From positions 9,307-73,306 of the forward strand of contig CBFFRP010000404.1 of assembly GCA_965644295.1 (NCBI GenBank): DNA of 64,000 nt. The letters are read 5' to 3'. Both the position numbers and the translations under genes were made by a program. The stretch's first letter is position 1; the number at the start of each line of letters is the position of its first letter. Of this stretch, positions 1 through 12,851 are shown one piece after another. The notes below the pieces were generated by a model that was given only the letters and a program-made list of their open reading frames with translations, made no database searches and was not told the DNA's origin. The stretch comes from Paraphysomonas bandaiensis. Taxonomy: Eukaryota; Protista; Chrysophyceae.

Positions 1-93
1 CATATCTGTATATAGCAACAAGAATACATATGCACCAGCTCTGCATAAGCTCCAACAGATACCAATAGACCACTGCAGCACTAATCCACTATA

Positions 94-1574
94 ATGTTTC
101 GAAGATTTGCAACCAAAGGGATGATTCCTCGCAGGGCAGCCTCAAGCTTCATCAGCAGGATGGAGGGAGAGCTAGCGAGCATCAAAGAGGCAGGCACATG
201 GAAGACAGAGCGTGTTATTACTTCCACTCAAGATGCAGAGGTATTTAATCAGTATTATGAGTAGCAAACAGCTGACTCTCTCATATACTCAGATCACTGT
301 GGCATCCGGAGCCAAAGTGTTGAATTTCTGTGCTAATAACTATCTCGGGCTGTCTAATGATCCGAATGTTGTTGCTGCGGCTCATAGAACTCTTGATGAA
401 AGAGGATTTGGGCTCAGTAGTGTTCGATTTATTTGCGGAACTCAGGATATCCACACGGAGTTGGAGAATATGATTGCTAAATTCCATGGAATGGATGCCG
501 CCATCTTGTACCCATCTTGCTTTGATGCGAATGCTGGTCTCTTCGAGCAAATATGTGGCCCAGAAGATGCAGTGATCAGCGATGCTTTGAATCATGCTTC
601 TATAATTGACGGGATTCGATTATGTAAAGCACAGAGACATCGATACAAGCACGCAGATATGGAAGATCTTGAGAACATTCTCAAAAAGACTAAGGACTCC
701 GCTAGAAACCGTCTCATCGTTACCGACGGAGCCTTCAGGTATACCCACTACGCTTTATATTTTAGATTCGATTAGTGAGGATAATTTTTGTGCAGTATGG
801 ATGGCGATATTGCCCCTCTGAAGGACATATGCAGCTTGGCAGATATATATGATGCACAGGTCAGAAATTTCACACAGTTCTTGATGTTCCCTAATTGCTG
901 TTGCAGATATTCGTGGACGATTGCCATGGTACTGGATTCTTGGGTGCGACCGGTAGAGGATCTCCCGAACATTGTGGGGTAGAGGGTCGCATCGATATCA
1001 TTAATTCAACTCTCGGAAAGGCTCTGGGTGGTGGAACTGGGGGGTACACCGTCGGACCTAAACCTGTGATCGACCTCCTTAGACAACGATCACGACCTTA
1101 CCTCTTTTCGAACTCTATCACGCCAGCGGTGGCTGGGGCATCGATAGAAGTCTTTAAGCAGCTGACTCACTCATCCTCTTTGGTAGAGAAGCTTCAAGCC
1201 AACGTAAGTTTGGTGTTTTAGTTTAATTGCTTGAGTTTTTTGATTTCTTCTAATTTTCCTTGCGATTCAATGATATTGGGTATAAATAGGTTGCTCTATT
1301 CCGCACACAAATGAAAGCAGCTGGATTTACGATGAGTGGTGACGATACGCATGCCATTTGTCCTGTTATGCTGGGTGATGCCCGACTCGCATCAGAATTC
1401 GCGGATGCTATGTTGGAGAAGGGTATCTACGTCATTGGGTTCAGTTACCCTGTTGTTCCAAAGGGACAGGCACGTATCCGTGTCCAGCTCTCTGCGGCAC
1501 ACACATCAGAGCAGGTTCAAAGAGCAGTGGATGCCTTCATTGCTGTTGGTAAAGAAAAGAAAGTGATTCAGTAG
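94..1574 (+). CDS. GCAT: Glycine C-acetyltransferase (2-amino-3-ketobutyrate CoA ligase), probably mitochondrial; 5 exons
   Basis: ATG 94 gives MFRRFATKG (transit-like), then GTWKTERVITS, intron 241-292, NFCANNYLGL, SVRFICGTQ, DALNHASIIDG, VDDCHG, PLP lysine STLGKALGG, FSYPVVPKGQARIRVQLS; stop 1574. Confidence 0.95.
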
Positions 1575-2327
1575 ATATTGTTCGTCAATATACATGAGTG
1601 ACTGTGTATTGTATGGAGCATATATCTGCTGCACTCCTCTCAGCTTACTAATTGATATGTTCATTGACAATGTAATTCTAATGAGTATACATTGTTAAAC
1701 CTACGGGCACCGCAGTATTTGTTTGATTGCTCATGTGGAATACGATAATTGGAAACGTATTTTTGAGCGCTTGAAAAACTATTGCAGTAGTGATAGGGCA
1801 ACTCACACCTCACACTAACATCATAATTGCATCATGCTAGTCTCTGTTATGCATAGCAACTTAGTGAGAAGCGTAAATGGGAAGTCAGAATACCCACAGG
1901 AGGTGCACCTTTACGTATGTATTTGATATCTGACGATGTTCGTGGATGTTTATATTTTATATGTTTATTAATTGCAATTATCGAAAAACACTCAATTGAT
2001 ACGTAGACCCGTTTATTAGCCACAATAATTGACGTAGTGGATATATAATTTTACACAAGGTCATAAGTGTTATAGTATCACGGGCAGAAGTTTCTTAAAG
2101 TTTATTTTAATTCTGCTTGAGGACTTGAAATACCATTCTGAATATCTGAATACTATCTAAAAAATGCATTCAAGTTGGACAGTATCAATATATATTTCAT
2201 ATAGAAACTAGAAACCACTTACACTTATACTTATACAATGTCAAAAATCTATCAGTGACAAAGATAAGCAGAATGGTTCACTGGGCTCAGCATGCAAAGC
2301 AGCACGAAGGCTGGGATGCAAAGAGGT

Positions 2328-2442
2328 CAGGGTGACGCACAAGCAGCTTTCGTAGCGTTATATAATAGGATCATATCATGGTTAAGTTCAGACTCTTAAA
2401 CGCCTATTGCTAATAATCAGACATTCACCACTACACAGGGTG
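2328..2442 (+). mobile_element. 5'-truncated copy of the retroposon-like family
   Basis: GACGCACAAGCAGCTTTCGTAGCGTTA...ACGCCTATTGCTAATAATCAGACATTCAC; CAGGGTG at both 2328-2334 and 2436-2442 (possible TSD). Confidence 0.75.
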
Positions 2443-3223
2443 TAGTGTGTACATTCGTGACGTAGTCAACACGCAGAATGAAATATTTCTGACGTGCTCA
2501 ATATGAGGAATACTAAATTCAGTTGTAGTATTTTAAATACTTCTCAAAATATCTTTCATAAACAGTCAACAATGAATGCTTTTCAATCTCACATTCTGCG
2601 GTTATTCTGTACGGTGGTTTGTGTGCTTGTTAGTTCAGTGTGAATGTATGCGTATGTGTATATGTGAACTTCACAAGTTGACAGTTTTGATTTCTGCTGC
2701 GCCAGAATAAAAACATGTTTAAGGAGGTTAGTTGAGTGAGGCAGAGTGTAGTCTCATTGGACGTCGTGAAATGAGGGTGTGGTTACATGATGAGTGTAAT
2801 TCACGGCTCTGTAGAGGTGTGAGTGTTGCATACAGTCATAGTCTATAGGGAAGAGGAGACTATCGAGAAAACGCTACATTCCTTCATATTCGGGTCACTG
2901 ACAGATCACCCAACACCTTCGATGAACAGTCTGATGCCCTTAATGAGGACACACTGTCAATGCTGTATGAATGTACTGCTGGTTAAATGTGGCGTGTACC
3001 TATGTACCGTATGTATGTAAAGTACTGTTGTATGTACAGTATGTAAGTGGTCATCATGTACTGCTGTACAGCAGTATTATACACTGTATGTATATATGTA
3101 TGTACGTAGGCAGGTATGGTAGAGGCAGGTACGCGGGTATATTTTAGTAGAGGTGCTCAGCATACAGAGTGGCATGAGTCACCCCAGTCACAAGCACACA
3201 CCTCTGTATAACACAATATCAGG

Positions 3224-4056
3224 ATGAGTAAGGAACTGGAGTTCATCTCAGTAGAGAACGATGATGATGAGGAGTTCGGAATGGATCAAACATATGCCGA
3301 ACAGCCGAGCAGTGCCTATGAACATGCTCTCGGAAACACCTTCTTAAGACAGTCTAAGGTACGACCACCATCTATGTGTTACACATGGTAATCATAGGGG
3401 TGTATGCAGCATCCATGTGCACTCCTCTTTCATGTCCTCTTCAAGGTGTGTAGTGTGTTGCTGTGTGTGTCCGTTGATCTCATACATGACTATACACACT
3501 CTAGAGTCTCGCGATATTTCTTTATATGTTTGGAGGATGGTTTACAAGCAATTTTATTTTGGTTTTTGTATTATGCATTATTCTGCTTGCGTTTGATTTC
3601 TGGACGGTGAAGAACATAACCGGGCGGCTGCTTGTCGGGTTGAGGTGGTGGAGTTATGTGCGCGAAGATGGAACAAATGAATGGATATTTGAGTCATTAG
3701 AAGACATGGCTGAAGTAAGTAACTTTGACTCCCGTATATTCTGGGGAGCTCTCTACGTTACACCAATTGTATGGGCTCTTCTACTAGTGTTGGGTATCCT
3801 TCGACTTAAGATTGAGTACTTACCCATAGTGATTGCGGCACTCATGCTCAGCAGTGCGAATATAATGGGGTATATCAAGTGCAGTAACAGTGCCCAGGCG
3901 AAGGTTCGCAATATAGTGGAGAATGGATTTAAGCAAGGCTCTATGGCTGCACTTGAGAATAGCTCTTTCAGGAACTGGATTCTTTCCACACTTGTCGCCA
4001 CCACGCAGCCTACTCAGAGTAGTCGACGAGAGCCTGCACGTACTGCTACAGTATAA
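3224..4056 (+). CDS. TVP23: Golgi membrane protein TVP23 homolog; 3 exons
   Basis: HP..LFHVLFK, LLAFDFWTVKNITGRLLVGLRWWS...DGTNEWIFES and FWGALY family motifs; two short GT-AG introns after ATG 3224. Confidence 0.92.
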
Positions 4057-5999
4057 GCATCTACACTGTGCACGGAAGTATGCTGATATAATATTTGGAC
4101 GAGAAGTATGATAATGAAGTAGGATTTTGCTTTGTTGTTGAGTATTACAGTTCTAGATTTCGAAGCATATTTTGCGTGTAGCATCACATATATCGAATAT
4201 GACGCGGTGGATTTATCATTACAACTTTAGTTGCCATATGTATAGAGAATGGACTATGGGTTTCGTTGTATGCAATATGTTAGTTGGGGTGATTAATAAT
4301 GTAGTATGATATTATAAGTATTGTCAACGGAAAGTCCATGTTTAGAGTGTTGCCCGCAAGTGCATTCAGGGCCCTGTCGTAGACGGAATCATCCTCTGGG
4401 TTCCAATGCGGAGATACGATCAAATATGCTTGAGAAGGGGTTCCCTCATTGTCAAAGTATTATCAACAATGCTCGCGCGATCAGACCGGATTAGATTTCA
4501 GATAATACATGCATAGTATTTAGTATTGTAATCGGCAAGAAATATAAGCAGGACACACACTATATGACAAAATCAAAGAAAAAAAATGTGTAAATTGTCA
4601 TTTCGCATATGACAAAACGCACACATTGTATATCAAAATTTTATCTATAGATAAAACTACACCATAAAACGAAACTGTTAAAAACACAAAGAGTTTGCGT
4701 AAAGTTGTATAACTAAATGCTACAAATTAAGGTTTGGTTTATAATTGCTAAATACAAATACGAGTGTTGTACATATTATAAGATGTATTGAATAATAAAA
4801 AACTAAAATATAGTGACTGTTTAAGATCGTGGATATATATTCAAGACTATGAATTATTGATTGAAGATACTTTTTTAAAATTAATTGGGTGTTGTGAGCT
4901 TTAGTAGTCTCTAAAAACAGGTAAATCATGTCAATAGTACCTTATTATAATCCGTTTTCACATGTAGTTATTAGTTTAGCTATAATTCACATTTACAAGA
5001 GGACACACAATAGCAAATTCTGCTTCTGTATGTTTGTTTTATGCGTGTAGATACTTTTAGAGTAGATGCTTGTTGACGAGGTAGGTGTCCAATACAAACA
5101 GCGAACTATGAAGTATTTATGACAACATATATTCACTACCCAGTATCCACCAGTACCACTTGTATTGGTTGTATACTTCACACCTATTGCTAATAATCAG
5201 ATATTCACAAATGGGGCTTAAATACGTCTACGCAAGGTTACACTAATGTTAAGCCTGGAGTACCTCACTTCCGCAGGTTGAAAGATTCGGGAGCATAGGT
5301 ACTCATACTACTACTGTAAGTAGTAGTGGTGAAGATAGCTTTATGCGTATGCATTGTATCCAAAATCAGGCTATTCGGTTGGAGCGTTTGCAATCCCAAC
5401 AGAGGCAAAAATGCAGGTAGAAATATGAGAATATGATATTACAAAAAACACAAGTGGCAGGGTCAACTTGTAACGCAATAAATAACAACTATAATATTGC
5501 AACATTTTGGGGCTTTCCATTTTTGGAACACAGTACTAACTATTGCTCCCTCAATCATAAAGCAGTTGTTACCCTCCTTCAACCACTTTATGCTGCAGCC
5601 AAACAAATGCTCTAAGGTCGTAGTGGACACACAGGAAGCAACATACGAAGCGAGCATGGCGGAGTCGGCAGTTTTCCCCCAGCTCGCGCCAAAATGCGGC
5701 AATAAACGATTTAAATCGAGCATCACCCAGCGGAAGCCACGGGTTCTACGCTTACTACACGTGTAAAGCGGAGACCTAACGCGCCACTCCGTTCGTCTTC
5801 CACTTCCACCACCCCCGCCTCAGCAGAGAGAAGCCACTATATGCCAACTCCGTCAGCTACTCCTCTGCCCCAGACCCAACACGCAGCTGGAGCCATTCTA
5901 AGACACGCAGGGGCCCCAACATACTCCCTCGTCCACCTATCTTAGGTTAAGAAGACTTACCCTAAGGGGCGTCCACCTGACTGATCTTTCTGTATTTCA

Positions 6000-6227
6000 A
6001 GGACTAACGTCCACAGAGAGCTTCTCCCTCACACACAAGAACGGAAGTGGTTGCACCTTGATGCTTGCGGCGATGCACAATCAGCTTCTGTAGCGTTACA
6101 TAGTAGGATATACAAATACGTGCTAATTAGTTACAGGTAGAGGTCGATCTAGCTTGACTAGCCTTCATCTAACTACTTATCTCGTTTTTGTTCTTGACGC
6201 CTACTGCTAATAATAAGACTATCACAT
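6000..6227 (+). mobile_element. Copy of the retroposon-like family with a different 5' part
   Basis: 6038-6227 is a diverged reverse complement of ~48870-49055 (AGAACGGAAGTGGTTGCACCTTG..., ATTAGTTACAGGTAGAGGTC, CGCCTACTGCTAATAATAAGAC). Confidence 0.8.
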
Positions 6228-6762
6228 ATAGTTTTGGTTTTAAAACTAGTCAAAATAATAACTATTCAATATCTGCATTCACTATTTGATGCCTAGATGG
6301 CTAGGTGAATACCGTAGTCACCTAGTCATTGTTAGTGAAAATATGAATTATTTCATGGCTAGATTTTAACCCCTTGACTAGGTTTTCGCACTGTATTTGG
6401 AGTGACAAGGAAATTACACCAAACTTACAATTTACAAATAAAATTCAATAGTAAATCCCCCCATCAATAGTTGCTTTAGTCTTGGTTAACGAAACTATCG
6501 CATTATGTTCTCTACTCTTTGGTGCTAGCTAAATAATAGTACAGACCCGTGCGCAATAAAATAGTTTCGTTTCAGTGTATGCAGCGCAAGTAAAGCAATT
6601 TTGAAGTGCTTCAAAATGAAAATATGCTTGATAAACACAGCGACCAGGAAATATATCAAATGTATTATTACGGAACGCACACCATGGATTATTATTCCTC
6701 AGGTGTTTTCTCAGCTCAATTATTTCTACATCTACTCCAGGCAATCAGTGTTCCTGTCTAAG

Positions 6763-9700
6763 TTAGAGACCAACCCTCTCAGCAAAGCTTTTTGCAGTAT
6801 GTAACACTGCCTCAATAGCTTCATCTGAAGATTTCCCAGTTCCTTCGATTGGGATATTAGCAGTTGCCTGCGTGCTCTTCCCCCCACCCTTTCCGGCGCC
6901 GAGGGCGGTGATGCACTCTTCGCACCACTTCTTTGCGTCCAAACCAGCCGCAACGTGATCAGCAGTGGCTATTGTGTACAACGCAATCCTGAGGTAAATA
7001 TTAGAATCAAGCATTCAGTGACTGTACACGTAGTAAATTTGCAAAATATTTCGAGTATAGATAGAGAGTGCTCGATACCTCGCGGAGTCGTCATCTGCTG
7101 AACATAGAAAGACGCTGGTATTAGGACACAGCGCCTTAAACTTGTCCTGGATTTTTTTCGCAACCTTCCCATCCGTCCCGATGTCAATGCACTGAACAAT
7201 CACATTCTGAAAAGCACGAGTAATCAGAAATCGCACGTGCATATAATATACGCACACAATGCATACCTGGCTCGTCTCCACTGCAGCCGCACCAAGCGTA
7301 TCAGCCAGGGCGAGTGCTGTCTCCGTGCGAACAGCCTGGTTGCTCTTCTGCCATGCTTTCAGCCGCTCTCCCACTTCGGCTAGCTCACTTTTCAACTCTT
7401 CTTTGTCTACAAGAGACACTACTGCACGGTCGACCTCCAGCCGCATGGATTTAGTCATCGCATTGAGCTCAGGACCTGCTGGTAAGTCCTTCATATGCCT
7501 AATGCGGAACCTAATATCATCAGCAAGAGACTTTGCTTGCGTGGCGGCTACTCGTGTGAGAGCCGTAATTCGGCGAACTCCCTTTGCAATTCCAGATTCC
7601 TCTACAATAGCGAATGCCTCCGCCTCTGCAGTATTAGAGAGATGTGTCCCACCACAGAACTCCACAGAGTGTCCTTTCCATTCTACGTTTTCTGGGTTCG
7701 CAACAAGAGCATTCACATCAGCACCCACCGACAGCACCCTAACGGGGTCAGGATAGCGCTCTCCGAACACACTCCTTAAAGAACAGATCTTAGCCGCGTC
7801 TGCAAGTGGTACTTCCTGGGCGAAAACAGGCACTTTCTGATCAATAATATTAGACACTATACTTTCGATCTCTTTAATTTCATTGGCCTTAAGGGAACCA
7901 TTCCAGGAGAAATCAAACCGGAGTTTGTCGGCGTCGACCAATGATCCCTTCTGATCACAGGTACCCTTTGCAGATATAGCATCTCCTCCGACATCCCCAA
8001 TAAGTACTTTTCTGATTGCGTAGTTTAGAACATGAGTCATAGTGTGGTTAGGAGCCACCAACGATCGTCTGTCGTAATCCACACGACATTCAACAACGTC
8101 CCCAACAGTCAGAACAAAGTTCGGACTGGAGTTACCCTTGATCTCACACACGTGGACGACATACCCCTTGTACACTTGACAGTTACTCACTTCCAGAGTT
8201 ACTTCCTTATCCGTACCAGGGAAAGCTACAATAGATCCAGTGTCATATATCTGACCACCTGATTCATAGTAGAATGAAGAGCGGTCCAGAATGACTCCGA
8301 AGTAGCCTTCACTGTGTGTAACACTTGACACGAAACCGGCATCGACATCGCTGTTGCTTCCAGCCCCTCTGCCAGTGTAGATTGCTCGTACAGTAGCAGT
8401 AGGGTTCTGATGCCAGACATACTTATGAGAGGCGTCGGTAGCTTCTATACTCTTCCCTTCCAACCACGATGTCTGCTCTGCAGCCATTGATAGGTCTTTG
8501 CTGCCTCCACCTTTACGGGCGGCCTCCGCTTCCTCGGAAATTCGCCTGTCATTATCCATGAGTGCCTGGAATTCCTCCCCATCAACAGTGAGGCCATTTT
8601 CAGCGGCCATGAGTTCTGTCAGATCGAGAGGGAAACCCATAGAGGTGAATAGAATATGTGCATCTTTACCAGGTACAACAGTTTTACCAGCAGCTTTCAG
8701 AGAGGCCACGACCTTTTTGAAATGCTTCACACCCTGATCTAGCGTGCGGTTGAATGATGATTCTTCCTCTTCAATCACCCCCATGATGAAATCCTGTTTT
8801 GTCAAGATGTTCGGAAATGCTTCGGAGAAGTTGCTGACTACAATCGACACGAGCTGAGTAAAGAAACCAGAAGGAGCGTTAAGAATTTCTTGTCCATAAC
8901 GCACGGCTCTACGGAGGATACGACGTAGGACATAACCTCTTCCGTCACTGGATGGTACACAACCGTCAGCAATTGCAAATGTCAGCGTCCGAATATGGTC
9001 GGCCACCACACGGTAAGCCATATCAACAAGATCGGTGTCCTCTGCACCCACTTTACCAGAATAAGCACGGCAGCCGACAACCTCCTGGATCCTGGCAAAT
9101 ATTGGCATAAAGACGTCGGTGTCATAATTTGATGGTTTATCCTGGAGGATAGATGTCAGTCGTTCAAGTCCCATACCGGTATCTACGTGCTGAGCTGGGA
9201 GAGTTTTCAGTACGGTCTCACTCTCTCTGTTGTACTGAATGAAGACTAGATTCCATATCTCCATCACATCTGCTACATCGGCGTTAACAAGATGGGCAGC
9301 ATCACGGTTTCCAATGCGATCATAATGTATTTCCGTACAGGGTCCACATGGACCAACGGGACCCATTTCCCAGAAATTGTCCTTGCATCCAAAAGGTAGG
9401 ACCCTCTCAGGGGGAAGAAGCTGCAACCACAGTTCACGTGCTGTATCATCTCTAGGAATTCCCTGTGACTCATCACCACCGAAATAAGTGGCATAGAGGC
9501 GATCAGGGTTGAGGCCATACACATTGACTAGACAATCCCATGACCACTTAATCGCTTCCTCCTTAAAGTAGTCACCAAAGCTCCAGTTGCCAAGCATTTC
9601 GAAGAAAGTATGATGGTAAACATCTTTGCCCACATCCTCCAGATCATTGTGCTTCCCCCCAGCACGAATACACTTCTGTGAATTGACTGCTCTCTTAAGA

Positions 9701-10065
9701 GAGGCCATCTCCTGAGCAGGATCACATGTACCAAGGAACAATGGTTTGAATTGATTCATTCCTGCATTAGCAAAGAGAAGAGTGGGATCATTGACGGGAA
9801 CAACAGGACTACTCATCCAAAAAGTATGGCCGTGTTTCTCCTGAAAGTATTTAATGAACGTCTCTCTGACTCTTGCTACTGGCCACTCTATATGATGATC
9901 TCCAGTAGCTGCTGAGGATGAGGATAAGGATGATGGATCTTCGAGGGACACCTTCTTCATATTCACTTCAATATCATCTAAACGAGCCTCTTTATCTGAC
10001 ATATCTGCCTGTAGTTGATTTAGCTTCAGTTCAAGATGATTGACTTGTCTGCTAAAATTATCCAT
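6763..10065 (-). CDS. AARS: Alanine--tRNA ligase; introns 7207-7266 and 6989-7078
   Basis: DPTLLFANAGMNQFK, HHTFFEMLGNWSFGDYFK, DTGMGLERL, editing motifs NHTMTH and EFCGGTH, C-terminal GKGGGK (DHHA1). Confidence 0.97.
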
Positions 10066-10496
10066 TCATTTCTCTTGCAAGAGAGATGTATGTATGTATA
10101 TGTGCGTGCCGGGAGATTACAGATACATGCAGAGCCCATACTTCCTCTATACAGCTGTGTACATGTAGGGCCAGCTGACCGCATGGCACAGCCACAGGAA
10201 TATACGCAAAACACATGGAACAATAGATAGGAATACGGTTGCTGTGTGCCGACGTCATGGGCCGTCGAATTGCAAGCTTCCTTTTATAGAATACCGTCTG
10301 TAGGATTCTGGGTATACAGAAGAAACCTCTGCTGTGATACTACAGACTACAGCAGGTATACTATACTTGTATACAGAGACCTTTCTACCATGTACAGCAG
10401 CTTATGTATGTATAGTCCTGTAGATAGAGGAAGGGTGTGGTATCATGTATCATGCATATCATTGAAGGTCATCATAAAGTCCAGTGGATTATCACC

Positions 10497-11076
10497 ATGA
10501 CTGGAAGAAGTACATATAGCACATACTGGTTGGCAGTGGGTGTACTCCTGCAGCTGCTGGTTCATTTCCCTCATACCTGTGATGGGTTTTTGGGTTTCTG
10601 GGAAACAAACTATCCGAACGAGACGATTACAGTGTGTGTATTCGACGAAGCACGGGGCGTATTAATAGGCCGTACACACTGGATTGATAAGGAATTTAAC
10701 TCGGACTCTGCGGCTCTTCAAGGCGTCCTAATAAATGATACGTGGTTTTATGGTACAGGTGCAACTATAAGCGGGGGTTCTTATAGCTTTTCGATGACCA
10801 CCTCACAGTTAAATGCTACAAGCTCAACTGGAAATTACAAATTCTTCGAAAATAGTGAACAAGGAATTTGGAACTGGAAATACATTCGACCGACCGAAGA
10901 TATCGAGTGTGAGGAGGTTACAAAGGTACGGAGAGTTGGAGGCATTTTATTATCGACTTGATGAAGCAATACCATTGACATAGAGTTATCAACATGATTT
11001 TTATTGGATTTTAGTTTGTATTAAAGTGATAAGTGCACTATTTTATATCTTTGCTATGCATTCCTTCTGCAGGTGA
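10497..11076 (+). CDS. Orphan secreted/type I membrane protein; 3' end tentative
   Basis: Hydrophobic signal (WLAVGVLLQLLVHF), several N-glycosylation sequons (NET, NDT, NAT); a putative intron 10926-10983 joins a hydrophobic exon (FYWILVCIKVISALFYIFAM). Confidence 0.5.
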
Positions 11077-11346
11077 AAAATTATATCACTAACACAATCA
11101 GGATACCCTCCATATATTATTTTCTAGTGCCACTGTTTTTGTTGTCTTTAGCAGACAGAGTATCAATATACACTCGCTTTCACAGCTGTAATAATTGGAC
11201 AATACATAAAACAAATTTATTATGCAGATTACTTCACCATGCTCTGGAACATAACCTACTACAATGCAAGACTAAAGATAGTTATATTTCACCACGGGTA
11301 TTCCCTGATTGTGGTGACATTTCTAAGCCTAATATATTCTTTATTT

Positions 11347-11642
11347 GTTCCTACTAAACTAAAAAGTGTCATTCGTTTTTACTATATTGCGGGCGTCCAT
11401 ATAAAATGAGCCCTACTAAATTTTTCAGACTTACCCATTAAGTTAATAATTTTATTCGATTCTACTAACCTTAGCAGATGTTGCTTCTCGATAAAAATGG
11501 CAGCTGAGCTGTATTGAAATTTAGTAGAATCGAATAAAATTATTAACTTAATGGGTAAGTCTGAAAAATTTAGTAGGGCTCATTTTATATGGACGCCCAC
11601 AATATAGTAAAAACGAATGACACTTTTTAGTTTAGTAGGAAC
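11347..11642. repeat. Long inverted repeat (foldback/MITE-like): 122-bp arms 11347-11468 and 11521-11642, 52-bp spacer
   Basis: Arms are reverse complements with a single mismatch; internal CTACTAA sub-repeats. Confidence 0.95.
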
Positions 11643-11947
11643 GTCGGTTAAATTTAGTAGGGACCAGTATATTACCGTCCCTGATTAACATAATGTTAGG
11701 AAAGCAAATGACAAACCAAATTATTGTTTCAAATCAAAGACTACTACTTAAGGGAATGAAATTTGGACTAGACTAGCTGAAGTCAATATATTCACGAATT
11801 TCAATATATACCCTTACCGCAGAATAGTACTGAGGAATGCCCAACTGCGAGGATTATTGACACGAGGCTTGCTGTTGTCATTGGCATTATTATTACATTT
11901 GTGTACGATATCCTTAACCTCTGTTAGTGCAACTGACTCGAATACTA

Positions 11948-12380
11948 GGTGTATGATACAACACATACAACCCTTAAAGCACGACCCTGAAAGGACTGAG
12001 TGTCATTGCTCCTCTAATCACCTATATAGATGTGGAATTTAAACATTTGAACTCTCCAGTAATATTCTTGAAATATTGTTTCGAAGTTCAGTTTGTGAAT
12101 ATAGGTCGCTTGCACTGTCAGCATTATAATCTTCTACAGCAGACGAAGGATGGAAGATGACTTGGAGTGTTCTATGCTCTGCTTTCGAATGTTGGCCCAT
12201 CACGGGGGTTTCCTACTAATGTGCAAAATAATTTAATCATACAAATGGCTGCCATTATCATAATTAAGAAGAAGAGAGCTTATGTTATGTCTAAATTTAC
12301 CCGATGTTAATGTGAGAGTTGTTTTAAGCCCAATTCAGGTCAAAAAAGCTTTTCTGAGACAAAATGGGATGACAAGTAAC
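11948..12380 (+). repeat. Diverged ~430-bp dispersed repeat, copy 1
   Basis: Shares CCCTGAAAG.ACTG, ACTCTCC.GTAATATTCTTGAA, ATAGGTCGCTTG and TCAGGTCAAAAA..GCTTTT..TGAGACAAAATGGG with 16484-16910. Confidence 0.8.
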
Positions 12381-12851
12381 AATATATTGCAATATACAAG
12401 CGTCCCATCAATAATATAGATGAATTCACCTAAATAATACCATCGCAATATATAGTGAGCTACTTTATTGGGTACTTTATAATATAGTTCCCAAGCCCTG
12501 CTGCACTGCTTCTCATGACGCAAGACTTATTGAAATATTATAATGCCGATTCTATCTTTAACACTATTATATTTCGAAGGCAGAAGTTCCTGTTCACGCG
12601 GTATAGAAATGGATGCACTGCAGCACTTGAAAGCTTATTGCGAAATCTTTATTCAGTGCAAAAATAAACTATAATCATAGCACCACGTACACAGCATAAA
12701 CTTATCATACCAAAATATAAATATATTACACTGAGCAGTAGTGTCCTCCGAGTTTTTCACATTTTACAACAAATCGAGAAAATACAAACAAGGACTATGT
12801 GTAATGCTTACCGCACTACACAGAATCACTTACTTCTACACAATATCAATA

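Noticed and set aside
6297-6329. 12-bp hairpin ATGGCTAGGTGA/TCACCTAGTCAT
   Set aside because: Isolated, with no second copy or element boundaries to support a call
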